Shown here piece by piece: positions 12,975 to 26,228 of a stretch of 64,000 nt of DNA. The DNA is taken from positions 434,001 through 498,000 of the forward strand of contig JBODTK010000118.1 of NCBI GenBank assembly GCA_050613775.1. Direction: 5' to 3'. The notes under the pieces are model-generated. The model ran no database searches, was not told where the DNA came from, and saw only the letters and a program-made list of their open reading frames with translations. This DNA is from Neocallimastix sp. 'constans' (lineage: Eukaryota). The position numbers and the translations under genes were made by a program. How positions within the stretch are numbered: the stretch's first letter is position 1; every line of letters starts with the position of its first letter.

Positions 12975-14879
12975 TTATAAAATAGAAATCTCTTTTTTGT
13001 CAGCATAGTTAATAACATTGCCAAGAATTTCAGATTCCCATTCAGATAAATTATGAGTTTGTTTGTACTTGGTACATAACTCTTTGACCTTATCAGGATT
13101 ACCAGTAGAAAGAGCTAAATCAACATCCTATTTGAAGATTTAAATAAATATATTATATAAATTTTTATAACAAATATTATTTTAAGAATATCATTCAAAA
13201 ATATGCATATATAATAATTTATATCTATCTATATCTATATATATTTATAGACTCTATATTTATTCTATTATTTTCATTATTTAATAAATTTATTAATATG
13301 AATATATATATATTTTAATTTTATTTAAAAAACTTACATGACATAAATTATATTCAGCAGAATTTTCAAATACAGGGTAGGAATTAACATATTTACCAAG
13401 AATGGTAGGGAAACTATCAAAGTTATTCTTATTGACAGATTTATTTAAGTTAAGAAGTGAAGCTTTACCAATACAACTGGAAACATTATACTTTAATAAT
13501 GGTTCATCAACACTTCTCTTAGCAATATCTTCGAAAAGCTCAATTGCTTTTTCAGCATTATATCCACCCATTTCAGCAGCTAAATTAGCTTGGGCAAGTC
13601 TAGTTTGCATTCCACCACTATTACCATCCATTCTATTGTATAAATTAATAGCAGAAGTATAGTTTTCTAAAGCAGTCTTTAAATTATTTTGTTTCTTAGA
13701 GAGTTGTGCCATAGATTCGTATAATCTTGCAGCTCTTGATAAAGTTTTTTCGTTACTGGCAAATAATTTAGCAGAAGTCTTAGCATTATCATAGGCACGA
13801 GCTTTAAATAATAAAGAATAATTTTAATTTCAAATATAAGATTATAATATTAATATATATTATATTATTTTAAGAAATATACAATAGCTGCGTTAATTTT
13901 TTTTATATTTAAATTTTATATTAAAAAAAAAAAAAAGAAAAAAAAAATTACAGTAATTTTCGTCACTTTGATAGACTTTGAAAGCATTTTCATAATTGAT
14001 TGCAGCTTCATATGTATTACGTTGCTTTTCATAGCCCTGGGCTGCTTTAATGTACAATTTACCAGCTTCATTGACTGTATTATTATCATTATTTTTTTTT
14101 CAGTTATTAATAAATATAATATATTATAATTAAATTATAAAATAAATAGTATTATATATATTATTATTAATTTTATATTTTTACTATTATTAAATAATTT
14201 TTAGTATTAAAAAAATAATTTAAGTAAAAAATATATACAGTTCTTTCTAGCTTTTTCTTTGTTTCCTGAGATGACATATTCTTCAAGTTCCTTTTCAACT
14301 TCAGCAGAAGATTGTTCTGGATTACTTGAACCACTATTTCCAGTAATACTAGCAAGTAAACCACTTAATGGGTACCATGAATTACAAATACCAAGAAAAA
14401 TCAATCCATTCTCAAGAGTGCAAATTGAACAAAGTGAGTAATTATCATAAGTAAAATTTGGTAAGGGAGCAATAGCTTGAGAAATTACATTATTAAATTT
14501 ATTTAAAACTTTAGAACTAGTAGTACTAGTTTTTTCTTTTCTTTTTTGTTCCATGTACTTTTTAAATGATTTTTCATCTATTGAATTTGTTTAAACAAAT
14601 TAATTAGAATATTAAAATTTTTAATAATTTATTAAATACTTTTTTTTTTTTTTTCTTTTAAATATAAATAATTCTTATGTTTATTATTTAATAACACTTT
14701 TTCTTATTTATAGTATCCATTATCAGTTTTATTGATATATATAATTTTCCTTGAAAATATTAAAAAGTAGTATTATTGTTTTGTTTTCAATGTAAAATAC
14801 CTGGGTTTGTTTTGTAACAAACAACGCATAAAGCAGCAAATAATAATAATTTCAACATTTTGCTATCTTCGTTTCCCAT
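12975..14879 (-). CDS. Alpha-SNAP (Sec17)-like helical-repeat protein with N-terminal hydrophobic anchor and DUF4359-like segment; exons 14879-14801, 14577-14239, 14074-13952, 13801-13338, 13127-12975
   Basis: Spliced product MGNEDSKMLKLLLFAALCVVCYKTNPDEKSFKKYM...NYSLCSICTLENGLIFLGICNSWYPL...KNFNEAGKLYIKAAQ...YEAAINYENAFKVY...RAARLYESMA...KAIELFEDIAKRSVDEPLLKYNV...YPVFENSAEYNL; C-terminal two thirds follow the SNAP pattern; GT-AG sites frame-consistent. Confidence 0.78.
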
Positions 14880-15127
14880 TGTAAAATATTTATTTAAAAT
14901 ATTTTTAATAAAGATAATAAATGGATTAATTTTTTTAATAAAGTTTGAAAATTAAAATAAACAAATAATTCTTTTAATAAAGACAATATTATATAAAACA
15001 AAATATTTTTATTATAAATATTATTTATAAAATTATAAAATTAATTAGATTTAATCAATTAAAATACCTTTTTTTTTTTTTTTTTTAAAAAAATATTAAA
15101 AAAAGGGAATTATAATATTTTTTTTAA

Positions 15128-15161
<34 letters not shown>

Positions 15162-15828
15162 GTTTACTTTATTATATTTTACTTTATTATTATTGTTATT
15201 TTTTATTGTAATTCTTTTACAAATAATACAAAAAATAAAAATAAAAATAAAATAGGTATATTACATATATTAACTATATAAAATCATTATTATATAAATG
15301 AATATATAAATGAATTTTTATAATTAAAATAACCAGTTATATTTAATGTAAAAAAGTTTATTTATAATTAATTTATAATATAAAATTATGATTAAAATTA
15401 TAATTTTAATAATAAGATTTTCATTCATTATGTAATGAATTATTATGGATTAATTTATTATAGATATTTATTTTTTTTTTTGTCATTAAAGAATTTATAA
15501 ATTTAAATATAAGCAACTATTATTATATTTATTATATATATTTAATAATTGAGTTGTACAATTAATAGAAATGGAAAGATCAAATAAAAATTTAATAGAA
15601 TATAAAATTACAAATTTATTCAATATTATTCATAGAAAATATATAAATTTTAATTTTCGTTTTAAAATTACAAAATAAAATTTTAGTACAATCTTAATAT
15701 TATATATTTTGTTACAATAAAATTTTAGCATATTATATTTTTGACGATTTTAATATTATAACAAATTCTCTAATAAAGTTTTATAAAATATATTTCATTC
15801 AAACCACTTCAAATAGTAATTATATATT

Positions 15829-16380
15829 CACTAAAGATACCACTTTTAAATAAATTCAATAAATTCACGAATATAGCGAAAATTTAATTATAAATTCATA
15901 TTTTAACAAATTAAAATATGTTAAGTTAAATAAAAAAAAAAAGTATAAACATATTTTAATTTGTTAAAATATGAATTTATAATTAAACTTATAGCAAAAA
16001 TTTAATTATAAACAAATTCAATAAATTCACAATTATAGCAAAAATTTAATTATAATTTCATACTTTTTTTTTTTTTTAATTTTAGATAGTATTAATATAA
16101 CTCAATTAAATTCTATTAACTCACGAACATAGTTATAATTTATTTACCAAAACATTTATTTACTATTAAATCACAAACATAGTAAATATTTATTTACAAA
16201 AACATTTATTAACTAAAGATACCACTTTTTAAATAAATTCAATAAATTCACGAATATTACAAAAATTATTATAAATTCTAAATAAATTCAATAAATTCAC
16301 GAATATAGCAAAAATTTAATTATTAATTCATAAAAATTTAATTATAAATTCATATTAACAAATTAAAATATGTAAACTTT
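15829..16380. repeat. Complex mosaic of short direct and inverted repeats downstream of the sugar transporter
   Basis: aataaattcacgaatatagc-aaatttaattata recurs ~4 times; actaaagataccactttt at ~15830 and ~16212; ~15958-15987 is the reverse complement of ~15883-15912. Confidence 0.75.
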
Positions 16381-16830
16381 TTTTTATTTATTTATTTATT
16401 TATTTTTAGATAGTATTATATTTTTTTTTATTTATTTTTAAATAGTATTAATATTAACTCAATTAATATTTCATATAATCACTAATTTTTTTTTTTTTTG
16501 TTTGAATTTTTTTTTTTTTTCTAACTTTCTTTAAATTTATGATAGTAAATTCTTATCGTTAAATTTTCATTAAAATCATTTCTAAATTTCACTTATTATA
16601 ATTTTTGTTTATCATATATTAATATACAACTATATTATATTAATTCACATTTCAAATTTCAACCTTTAATTGCTTAATTCTTCTATATTTAATTTTTTTT
16701 TGAATCTGGATCACATTATTATATTTCTTTTCTTTTTTTTTTTTTTTTTTTGTTGAAACGAAATCTTTTTTTATATTTTTATATTAATGATCATTTTTTA
16801 TATTAATTTTTTTTAATATTAATGATGCAC

Positions 16831-18348
16831 TTAAGCTTTACCAGCCATCTTAGCATCCATTTCATCGATACTAAGACCCTTACATTCAATAACATAGAAT
16901 TGAGAGTAAATCCAGGCAAGGAGACAAGCAAAAGCGAAAAGAAGGAAAGTTTTAGTAGACCAGGCCTTCATAAGAGCTGGACCGACGAAAGCAATAATCC
17001 AATTGTTTAAGAAATTAGAAACAGTACCAACAGCTGAACCCTTAACTCTGACACGGAGTGGGAAAACTTCAGCTTGGTAGACCCATGGAACTGGACCCCA
17101 GGTCCAGGCGAAGGAGAAGACGAATAAGAAGACAGAAGCTACAGCAAGATATTGCCAGACCTTACCATTATTAGTTTGGGTAGAGCAAGCCCAGGTAGAG
17201 ATGTGGAAGACCATCATCATAAGAGCACCGATAACTAATAAAGTCTTACGACCTAATCTTTCAATACCCCACATACCTGGGAAAGTAGAAACGAAGTTAA
17301 CAAAGTTATTAATAATTGGAAGAACAACAGTGGACATGAACTTTGAGAAACCGATTTCATCGTAAATTTGTGATTGATAGTACATAATAACGTTAATACC
17401 AGTCCATTGTTGGAAGAGTTGCATTAAGAAAGTAATGAAAGTACGACGACGAATAACTGGTGAGAAAAGTTCACCGAATGAGGATGAACCAGCAGCACGA
17501 GTAGCAGCAACATCTTCTTGGATAGCTTTAAGTTCACTTTGGACGAGTTCATCAGAAGTAGTAGCAGCATTAAGTTTAGCTAAAACTTCAACAGCTTCTT
17601 CATCACGGTCCTTAGAACATAACCAACGTGGAGACTTTGGAAGGAAACTCATAAGAATAGCAAGACCAAGACCTGGAATAACTTGGAATAAAAGAGCAAA
17701 TCTCCATTCGAAGTTTGCAACTTCACCCCAGATATCTTTTCTAGTTTCACCTAAACCTTTTGGAGTAGAATTAGTGTAGTACCATACAATGGAGTTAATT
17801 ATGGCAGCTACAATAATACCGAAAGTGGTCATAAGTTGGTAACAAGAAGAAAGAGTACCTCTGATCTTAGCTGGAGCAACTTCTGAAATATAAGTTGGAC
17901 AAAGAACACCATTACAACCAATGGAAAGACCAGTGATAAGACGACCAACAGCAATCATAGCCCAGTGACGAGCAGAAATACCTTGAATGATAGCACCACA
18001 AGTGAAAATACAGGCACCAATCATGATAGTTCTTTGACGACCGTACTTTTCACCAAGGTAAGTAGCCATAAGAGCACCACAAAGGGCACCAAGTACAAAA
18101 CTAGATGTAATAAGACCTTCAAGGGTAGCCTTATTATTGGCTTCATCTAACTTACGGTACATCATCTTAGCCTTATCAGTAGTTTCTTTACCATTTTCAT
18201 CAAGAGCAGCACCACTCCAACTGTGGAATTTGAAGAAGATACGGAAGGCGTCCATAACAAGGACAACATTCATGACACCAACTTCATAACCAAAAAGAAG
18301 ACCACCAAATGAGGCAGTTAAAGCAACTAAAAATTGAAACTTGTTCAT
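16831..18348 (-). CDS. MFS sugar porter family transporter (505 aa, intronless)
   Basis: GGLLFGYE, EKYGRQ, GRLITG, YISEVAPAKIRG, EWR, PKSPRWL, QLFQQWTGINVIMYY, IERLGRK, WGPVPWVYQAEVFPLRVR, ECKGLSIDEM signatures; ~12 hydrophobic segments. Confidence 0.97.
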   Translation of the reverse strand: MNKFQFLVALTASFGGLLFGYEVGVMNVVLVMDAFRIFFKFHSWSGAALDENGKETTDKAKMMYRKLDEANNKATLEGLITSSFVLGALCGALMATYLGEKYGRQRTIMIGACIFTCGAIIQGISARHWAMIAVGRLITGLSIGCNGVLCPTYISEVAPAKIRGTLSSCYQLMTTFGIIVAAIINSIVWYYTNSTPKGLGETRKDIWGEVANFEWRFALLFQVIPGLGLAILMSFLPKSPRWLCSKDRDEEAVEVLAKLNAATTSDELVQSELKAIQEDVAATRAAGSSSFGELFSPVIRRRTFITFLMQLFQQWTGINVIMYYQSQIYDEIGFSKFMSTVVLPIINNFVNFVSTFPGMWGIERLGRKTLLVIGALMMMVFHISTWACSTQTNNGKVWQYLAVASVFLFVFSFAWTWGPVPWVYQAEVFPLRVRVKGSAVGTVSNFLNNWIIAFVGPALMKAWSTKTFLLFAFACLLAWIYSQFYVIECKGLSIDEMDAKMAGKA

Positions 18349-19382
18349 TTTTTTTTTTTTTTTAAATAAACTTAACTTAATAATATATAATAAACAAAAG
18401 CTTATTGAAGTTCCAAAAACTTTGAATATTTTCAGTCTTTTTATACAAAACCGAATTAAATTAAATCAAAATCATAGGTTTGAGTATATATATTAAATTT
18501 ACAGTAATATATTGTTTTTGTATTGTTGGAGTATATTTATAGAATAGTAACTCCATAGAAATTCAATTAACCCTTATTTAATTTCAATTTAATATAGACT
18601 ATATTCATAATATATTGATTACAATAAATTTTACATTAAAATGTCAATTTCATTGGACAAATTCTATAAATAAATTTATACGTTACACAATAGATATTAC
18701 TTTTTTTTTTTTTTTGGTAAATAAACTTAATTAAAATTTAAAATACCTTTACTATTTTTTAACAAAGTTATATTATAATAAAATATATTTTTTTAAAAAA
18801 ATTAAAAAATTGAAAAAAAAATACAAGATAAAATAAAACTCAATATAGACAATAAATTATTTATAATCATATTTTTATTTTTTTTTTATAAATCCATATT
18901 TTAAAATTTATTTACTTGAAATTAAAACATTCGAATATATGATTGAACATTCGTTTATATTTATATTAAAAACATTAAATACTATATTTTAATATATTAT
19001 TTTGAAAAATAAAAAATAATTAATTCTTCATTATTATTACTATTATTATTATTATTATAATAATTATAATAATAGTTAATAATAAGTGTTATTTTTTTTT
19101 TTTAAATTATTAATTTATTTCTTGACTTCAGTTGTTCTATGCTCTATTCCTATAATATTAAAATAAATACAATAAATTATTAAATATACAATGAAATTAG
19201 TTTTGAATTTTAATAATTTTGTTTATTAATGATTTGTCTGGAACATTTTTTGATATTTATCATATATTACTATCTAAAACATTTATTAACTCATTTTTGT
19301 ATTATTATTATTATAATTATTATTATTTTATAAAATATTAAATACTGAATTATATAGTACAATTTTGTATTTATTGTATTTC

Positions 19383-19612
19383 AATTAAAATAATGAAAAA
19401 TAATAAATAAAACAGAAATAATAGTAGTGGAAAAATTTCTATAAATATATAATTGTAATAATAATAGAAAAATTAAAATTAAAATTTTATAATATTAAAA
19501 TAATGAAAAATAATAAATAAAACAGAAATAATAGTAGTGGAAAATTTTCTATAAATATATAATTGTAATAATAATAGAAAAATTAAAAAATTTAAAAATT
19601 TTATAATATTAA
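19383..19612 (+). repeat. Tandem duplication, ~110-bp unit
   Basis: taatgaaaaataataaataaaacagaaataatagtagtggaaaa at 19391 and 19501. Confidence 0.85.
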
Positions 19613-20242
19613 AATTATTAATTATTTATTTTTAATCAATAAAATTAAAATTATAAAATTAAAATATTAAAAATATTTAAAAATAAAAAAATTTTTTAAT
19701 CTATAATGATTAAAAATAATTTTTTAATTATTATATTTTTATATTATTATATTTACATAATTTTTAGATACTATTATAAATTATCTAGAAAACTAATATG
19801 GAATTAATTATAAAGAAATAATTTTATAAATAGATTTTATTTATATTCCGAATTCAATTATTTTTTTTAGGTTATTATAATTCTCAATAATTATTATTTA
19901 TTTTATATTATCACCATTAATTATATTTTTTTTAATAAAATATAAATAAGAAAAAACAAAATTTATTCCTATTTATATTCCAAATAACTTTTAATTCTCA
20001 ACAATTATTATTTATTTTATAATAACCAAAAAAAAAAGAAAACTATAACAATTATTGGTAATCAAAATTTGGAATATAAATGAATAAATTCTCAATAATT
20101 ATTGTTTATTTTATAATAACCAAAAAAAAAAATTATTATTATTCAAAAAAGAAAAAAAAAAAGTAATATATTATTATTTATTAAATTTTTAATGTAAAAT
20201 TAGAAAAAAAAATTACTTTAAAAATTTTTTAAAAAAAATTTT

Positions 20243-20322
20243 TACGATCATATAATAAAAATTTATTTAATTTTTATTATGTGATCGTATAAAAAGATTT
20301 ATACGAACGTATAAATCTTTTT
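20243..20322. repeat. Two adjacent hairpins
   Basis: tacgatcatataataaaaatt...aatttttattatgtgatcgta (20243-20289) followed by aaaaagatttatacg-aa-cgtataaatcttttt (20291-20322). Confidence 0.85.
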
Positions 20323-20741
20323 AAAGTTAGTATTATTTATATATTATTTAATTTTATAATGATCTATCTTTTAATATTTTAATATTTAAATATTTTTATA
20401 ATTATTAATTATTTTTTATTTAAATTTAATATTTTCTTTAAAATGATTTAATTTTCTTTTATTTAATTACCCAAACAAAACGATAAAGGTTCCATTAAAT
20501 ACGATATTTGTAAGTATTTTTGTGAAGGAATTTTCGTATTAACTTATTCTTTAACTAATTGTACTTATTTTGCTATTACTAATATTAATTATTCTTTATT
20601 TTAAATATTCTTTATTTAATTATAATTTTATTAGTTTGCTATCATACAGAAAGAATTAATTTAAACCTAAAATTATTTAAATATATCATTAAAATAATGC
20701 TTTTAGGTTCATTTTTTCAGAGGATGTCTTCCCTAGAATTC

Positions 20742-20781
20742 AACATTTATTGATACTTATTAATAAGTATCAATAAATGTT
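20742..20781. repeat. Perfect 40-bp palindrome
   Basis: aacatttattgatacttatt|aataagtatcaataaatgtt. Confidence 0.95.
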
Positions 20782-20907
20782 AAATTAATTAATAAGTAGT
20801 TCTCTACTAATATTAAATATAATAGAAATATAATTATTAATTATTATCATATGTTTTCACATATGACTTTAACTGTAACATTGTGTAACATTATATTATT
20901 TACCTAA

Positions 20908-20947
<40 letters not shown>

Positions 20948-21309
20948 GATTTTATTTTATTTAAAATGATTATATAGAATTATTACCTAAAATTATTAAA
21001 ATATGTCATTATTAAAATATTTTTAGGTTCTCCTTAAAATACAACTTACCAAAAGTCAATAAAATACTAAAGTCAAAAATTTGATTATTTATATATATAT
21101 GTTATAATTTGAAGTAAATTGTTGATTATTTATGTATATATAATAATTATATTTTTAATATATATTTAGAGTAAATTAATATATACATATATTTTATAAA
21201 ACTATTATTAATAATAGTTTGTATATATAAATTATATATAAATTATTAGATTTTTAATCTTTATAATGATTATAATCATTATTTTTTACATTTATAATAA
21301 CATCAATTT

Positions 21310-22830
21310 AATGTACAAGCCACATTGAAAAAGTATAAAACATGTTATTTAAAATAATTTACTCTTTATAACTCTATAATAAAGTTGATATAATTATTAA
21401 ACCCGAATTTTACAACTCAAGTGTATTCTTTTAGTCGGACATAAAATACGTCAACCTGGAAAAGAAATAAAATAATTGCTATGATAAAAGTTGCTATGAT
21501 AAAACGAGTAATTACACATATTAAATGAGTAAATAATAACAATATTATTAATGGGGAAGGCTATAGATCATAGATCCCATACTAAATAAATAAATAACAA
21601 TTAAATTAATATTCTCATTATATTAAGGGTGATATAATATAAATGAATGGTAATTCCAAGAGTAAAATAGGTACTTTCAAATAATAACACAATATTATAA
21701 AATCTAGAATGAAATAGATTTATATAATAACTTACTATAATAATTAAATAAAACCTTAAGTTATATACAATAAATGACGTTTATTCATCTATAAAATATG
21801 CGAATATTTTATTTATGAGAAAATCCAAATATTTATATACAATAAATGACGTTTATTCATCTATAAAATATGCGAATATTAAATTTATGAGAAAATCCAA
21901 ATATTTAAAATACTTTTAAGAAATTAGGATTTTAAGGGGAATTAAGACCATAAAATATTAATGAAATTACTTTCTTAAATTCTTTTAGCAATTATATCTA
22001 CTATGAAAGTTTAAGAAATATTGCATTATATAAGGAAACTAATGAAAATTAACAAAACTGAATTAACCATTGTAAAATATGTTATATAATATATTTTAAA
22101 AAATTCTATTAAATCTAAAACTTAAAAGACTTTGAATAGATACTTAGGCATATATAAATTATTATACCTAAAAGACTCCAAGAGGACACTTAGATATCTT
22201 CTGAATATAAAAAGCTATTTTATTAAACTAAACAAATAAATCAAGTTAAACAAACGAATAAAAATTTAAAATGATAGAAACCAAAGATAGTTAGTCATAA
22301 ATAATGAATAATTGTTGTAAAACCTAAAGAGTATTCAATCAAAATTAATTAAAACTTGAATAATAAATTACCTATTAATTATGGTTTATTCATTAATCCA
22401 TAAAACGTCAAATATCAAATATAAAAATACAAGGTAATATAGTTAAAAATAAAATCAAGCAAATATACAAAGTATATAAATAAAAATATACAATTAATAT
22501 TGAATATATTAAAAAATATTCTTATGATAAAAATAAAATTCATATAATATATAAATTTAATAATAATATGATTTACACATATTCGCCTAGCAAACCAAAT
22601 TATATTCATTGTGAAATAATTAGGTTTGAAGGTAATGTTAGAATATGTGAAATAATGAGAAATAAACTTCAAATGTATTGAAGAATATAGTGTAAATTAT
22701 TGTATAAGTCACATTGTAAAAGTATAAAATATATTATTTGAAATAATTCACTCTTTATGTAACTCTTTATCCTAAAACATATTAAGAGTTGTGAAATTTG
22801 GGTTTAATAATTATATCAACTTTATTAACA
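21310..22830 (+). mobile_element. Highly degenerate LTR (Gypsy-like) retroelement relic with related terminal repeats
   Basis: ~60-bp direct repeat 21318-21376 / 22707-22768; ~41-bp block 21378-21418 recurs inverted at ~22787-22827; internal stop-riddled traces EITFL and RYLG; purine-rich aggtttgaagg before tgttag at ~22636. Confidence 0.4.
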
Positions 22831-23900
22831 CTTATTATACTATAACTTATAAATATAGAATGTCAATAACTTTAAATATATATTAAAATCCACAATTTAA
22901 TGAAGTTTACTTTTGTAAGTATAAAATTTAGTTTTATTATATGTTTCATTAAAATTTTATATTATATTATGATTTAAATCTCATTTTTAAATCCCATTTA
23001 TACAAATTTTTTTTTATTTATTTTTTAATAAGCTATGTTAAAATTATACTAGCTACATTAATTTTGAATAAACCAATTTTTTGTATTACACACTTTTAAA
23101 TGAAATAAAATAAATGATTTTTGTTTGTATTACATTCATAACATGGAATAAGATACTAGCTACATTTGAATAAACCAATTTTTTTATTACACACTTTTAA
23201 ATGAAATTAAATATATTATTTTTATTTATATTAACATTCATAAAATAAAATTAAGATAGTAAGTGAATCTAAATTTTAACTTAAAATTTATTATATATTC
23301 TATTTATTTTCATAAATATTTATAAATTGACATTTTTATATGTACAAAAATTATAATATTTATATAATAAATAATATTTATAATATTTTTAGTTCATTCA
23401 TATATTTATTATTAATATAATTAATTATATAAAAATTTTATTTATTTGTCCTCTAAAACATTTATAATTATAAAAAATATACATTTATTTAAAAATGAGA
23501 TATTTCATTTTATAAATTTAAATATTTGAAATATACATTAGGTATAGTAATAATTGTATCATTCATTAAGCACAAATGAGAGTTGTGATGCACACGCACC
23601 TTCAATATCAAATAGTTTTAACATCATGATCTCCTTCATAGGGCCTATCAGCGAACGCACTGAAATCTATGAGTAAATAAGTCACACAATAAATGCAAAC
23701 TGAATATTGTTTTAATTTATTATTTTTATACTTAATAATTAAATGTTACAAATTATTTTTATTTCTGTTATTATAATATTTTAATAATATTCAATACATT
23801 TAAGTATTAAAAATAATAATACTTATTACAAGTATTATTTATTTAACTTTAACTTTTTTCTCTCTTTTTTTTTTTTTTTATAAGTTTATAAGGTTGTCTC

Positions 23901-24469
23901 CTATTCATAATTTTTACACCAACCTTCTTTAATTGGAACACAATTGAGGTAGTGACACCATCGACATTCACTATTTGAAACATAAAATTGTCTGAATACC
24001 CAAATAAAATTAAATGTAGTTATAAAAATTGAAGCAATCATTAACATTCTTTTAATTTTAAGATCTTTTTTACTAAAAATAATAGTTGGCATAAATATTA
24101 AACCCGTTAATAAACCTGTAATAAATCCACCAATATGGGCGAAGTTATCAATATATGGAATTAATCCAATACCTAATGAGAAAATAATAAGAATTAACAT
24201 TTTAATTAATTCTTTCCATGGTTCAATAATTAATCTCCAACTTTGAATTAAATCTAACAAGAGACATGCCATTAAACCTGTAATATAAATATATATATAT
24301 ATATATTTTTATTTTTGTTAAAAAAATTAAATAATCAAAAAAAAAAAAAAAAAATAATAAAATAATAATAATAATAATTAAATAGTTAAAAAAAAGTTAA
24401 TTTATGTAAATTATGAAATATATTTTTAATAGTATATTATATACGTAGTTTCTTTTTTTATTTAAAAAC

Positions 24470-24512
<43 letters not shown>

Positions 24513-24659
24513 TAATATATTTTAAATGAATTATAAAAAAAAAGATAATAGGAGAGAAAAAAAAAAAGAAAAAAGTTTTTGATTTAATTTTTTATGTAAA
24601 TTATGAAATATATTTTTAATAGTATATTATATACGTAGTTTCTTTTTTTATTTAAAAAC

Positions 24660-24708
<49 letters not shown>

Positions 24709-25552
24709 TAATATATTTTAAATGAATTATAAAAAAAAAGATAATAGGAGAGAAAAAAAAAAAAGAAAAAAGTTTTTGATTTAATTTTTTTTACCATAAA
24801 GTGAACCCGAACAGCCTACACTTGAAGAAACACCAGAGTATGAAGCTCCAAAAGCGAAACCAAAAATACCACTAGCCATATAAATTATCATAATTCTCCA
24901 AGTACCAAAATCTTTCTCCATTTGAGCACCTGTACGAATTTGAAAAGATAAATTAAAGAGAAGATGAAGAATACCACCATGTAAAAAGATTGGTATAATA
25001 AATCGATACCACTGATTTGGAATTTCTCCTTCTTTTAATCCAAATTGACATATATCTCTCAAAGAACAATAATATGGATTTAATAAAGTACCTGGAGGGA
25101 CATCAGTAGCTTCCATTATTGTTTTTGAACTTACAGAACCTATTATACTTGGAGGACATTCCACATAGGTATAATTTGTTTCTCTCATACAGGGAAGAAA
25201 ACGAGCACCCAATTGAATTAAAACCTAAAAAAACGTTACATAAAATATATAATATATAATAATAAAAAATTTTTTTTAATGTAATAAAAATATATGTTTA
25301 TAAATATAATTATATATATATATATATAATAACAATAAAAAAAAAAAAAAAAGAATCATTAGTATTATTGATAAAAATATCATATAAAAATTATTTTCTA
25401 TACTATCATTATTTAATTTTATTTATATTATTTTTCTTTTTTTTTTTTTATTTTATTTTTTAAAAATTAAATAATTAATTTTAGTTTATTGGAGTTTCAT
25501 TATAATTAAATAATAGTACTAATAATATTAATAATAATAAATAATATAAATA

Positions 25553-25585
<33 letters not shown>

Positions 25586-26158
25586 AATTTTTACACCAGC
25601 ATCAGGACCAAACATAATATTTTCACTTATAGGGGCCATTAGTTGACCAGTTACAGTATAATATTTACAGAGAGAAATAATCATTAAGAAAACATGTATA
25701 AAAGTAATAATATACATAAAGTAAGGTTTGTGCATTTTCAGTTCTCGTAATTGCTTTCGAACTTTTGGATCATAAAGAACACTTGGAATTTTTTTTATTT
25801 TATTATCCTTTATGTATTGTTCATTTATTATTACTTTTTTTTCTACTGCTGGCTCTGGTCTTTTCACTTCATTACTTTCCATATTACCAATATTTACAGT
25901 ATAGGAGTGATCAGCATAACCTTTATTAAATTTTGTTGTATAAGAATTTTGATAAGCTGAATACTGCTTATTATCATATCTTACAATAGTATTATTATTT
26001 TCATTTATTCTTCTTATTGTATTATTTCTTTGAAAATAAGAAACCCCTATAGGATTATTTTGATTTATATTTGCTTCTTCTGCATTAATCCATTTCCATG
26101 CTCCTGTACCAGCTCTTTTAATAGTTGTAAATGTACTACTTCTTGTTAAATTACTCAT
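23901..26158 (-). CDS. Rhomboid intramembrane serine protease, paralog 1; exons 26158-25595, 25224-24795, 24277-23901
   Basis: NQWYRFIIPIFLHGGILHLLFN, catalytic GCSGSLYG, DNFAHIGGFITG; Cys-rich loop after TM1; GT-AG introns in frame. Confidence 0.93.
24397..24790 (+). repeat. Near-perfect ~190-bp tandem duplication inside rhomboid-1 intron 2
   Basis: tttatgtaaattatgaaatatatttttaatagtatattatatacgtag...ggagagaaaa...gtttttgatttaattttt at 24401 and 24592, differing mainly in (AAT)n length. Confidence 0.9.
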
Positions 26159-26186
26159 TTTTATTTATAAATTTAGTTAAATGAAA

Positions 26187-26228
<42 letters not shown>

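Noticed and set aside
15829..16380. Regularly recurring ~30-bp motif resembling a CRISPR array
   Set aside because: Eukaryotic context, irregular spacing, spacers themselves repeated or inverted, no cas genes
16822..18150. Antisense ORFs over the sugar transporter
   Set aside because: Expected from codon bias of the sense gene; no motifs
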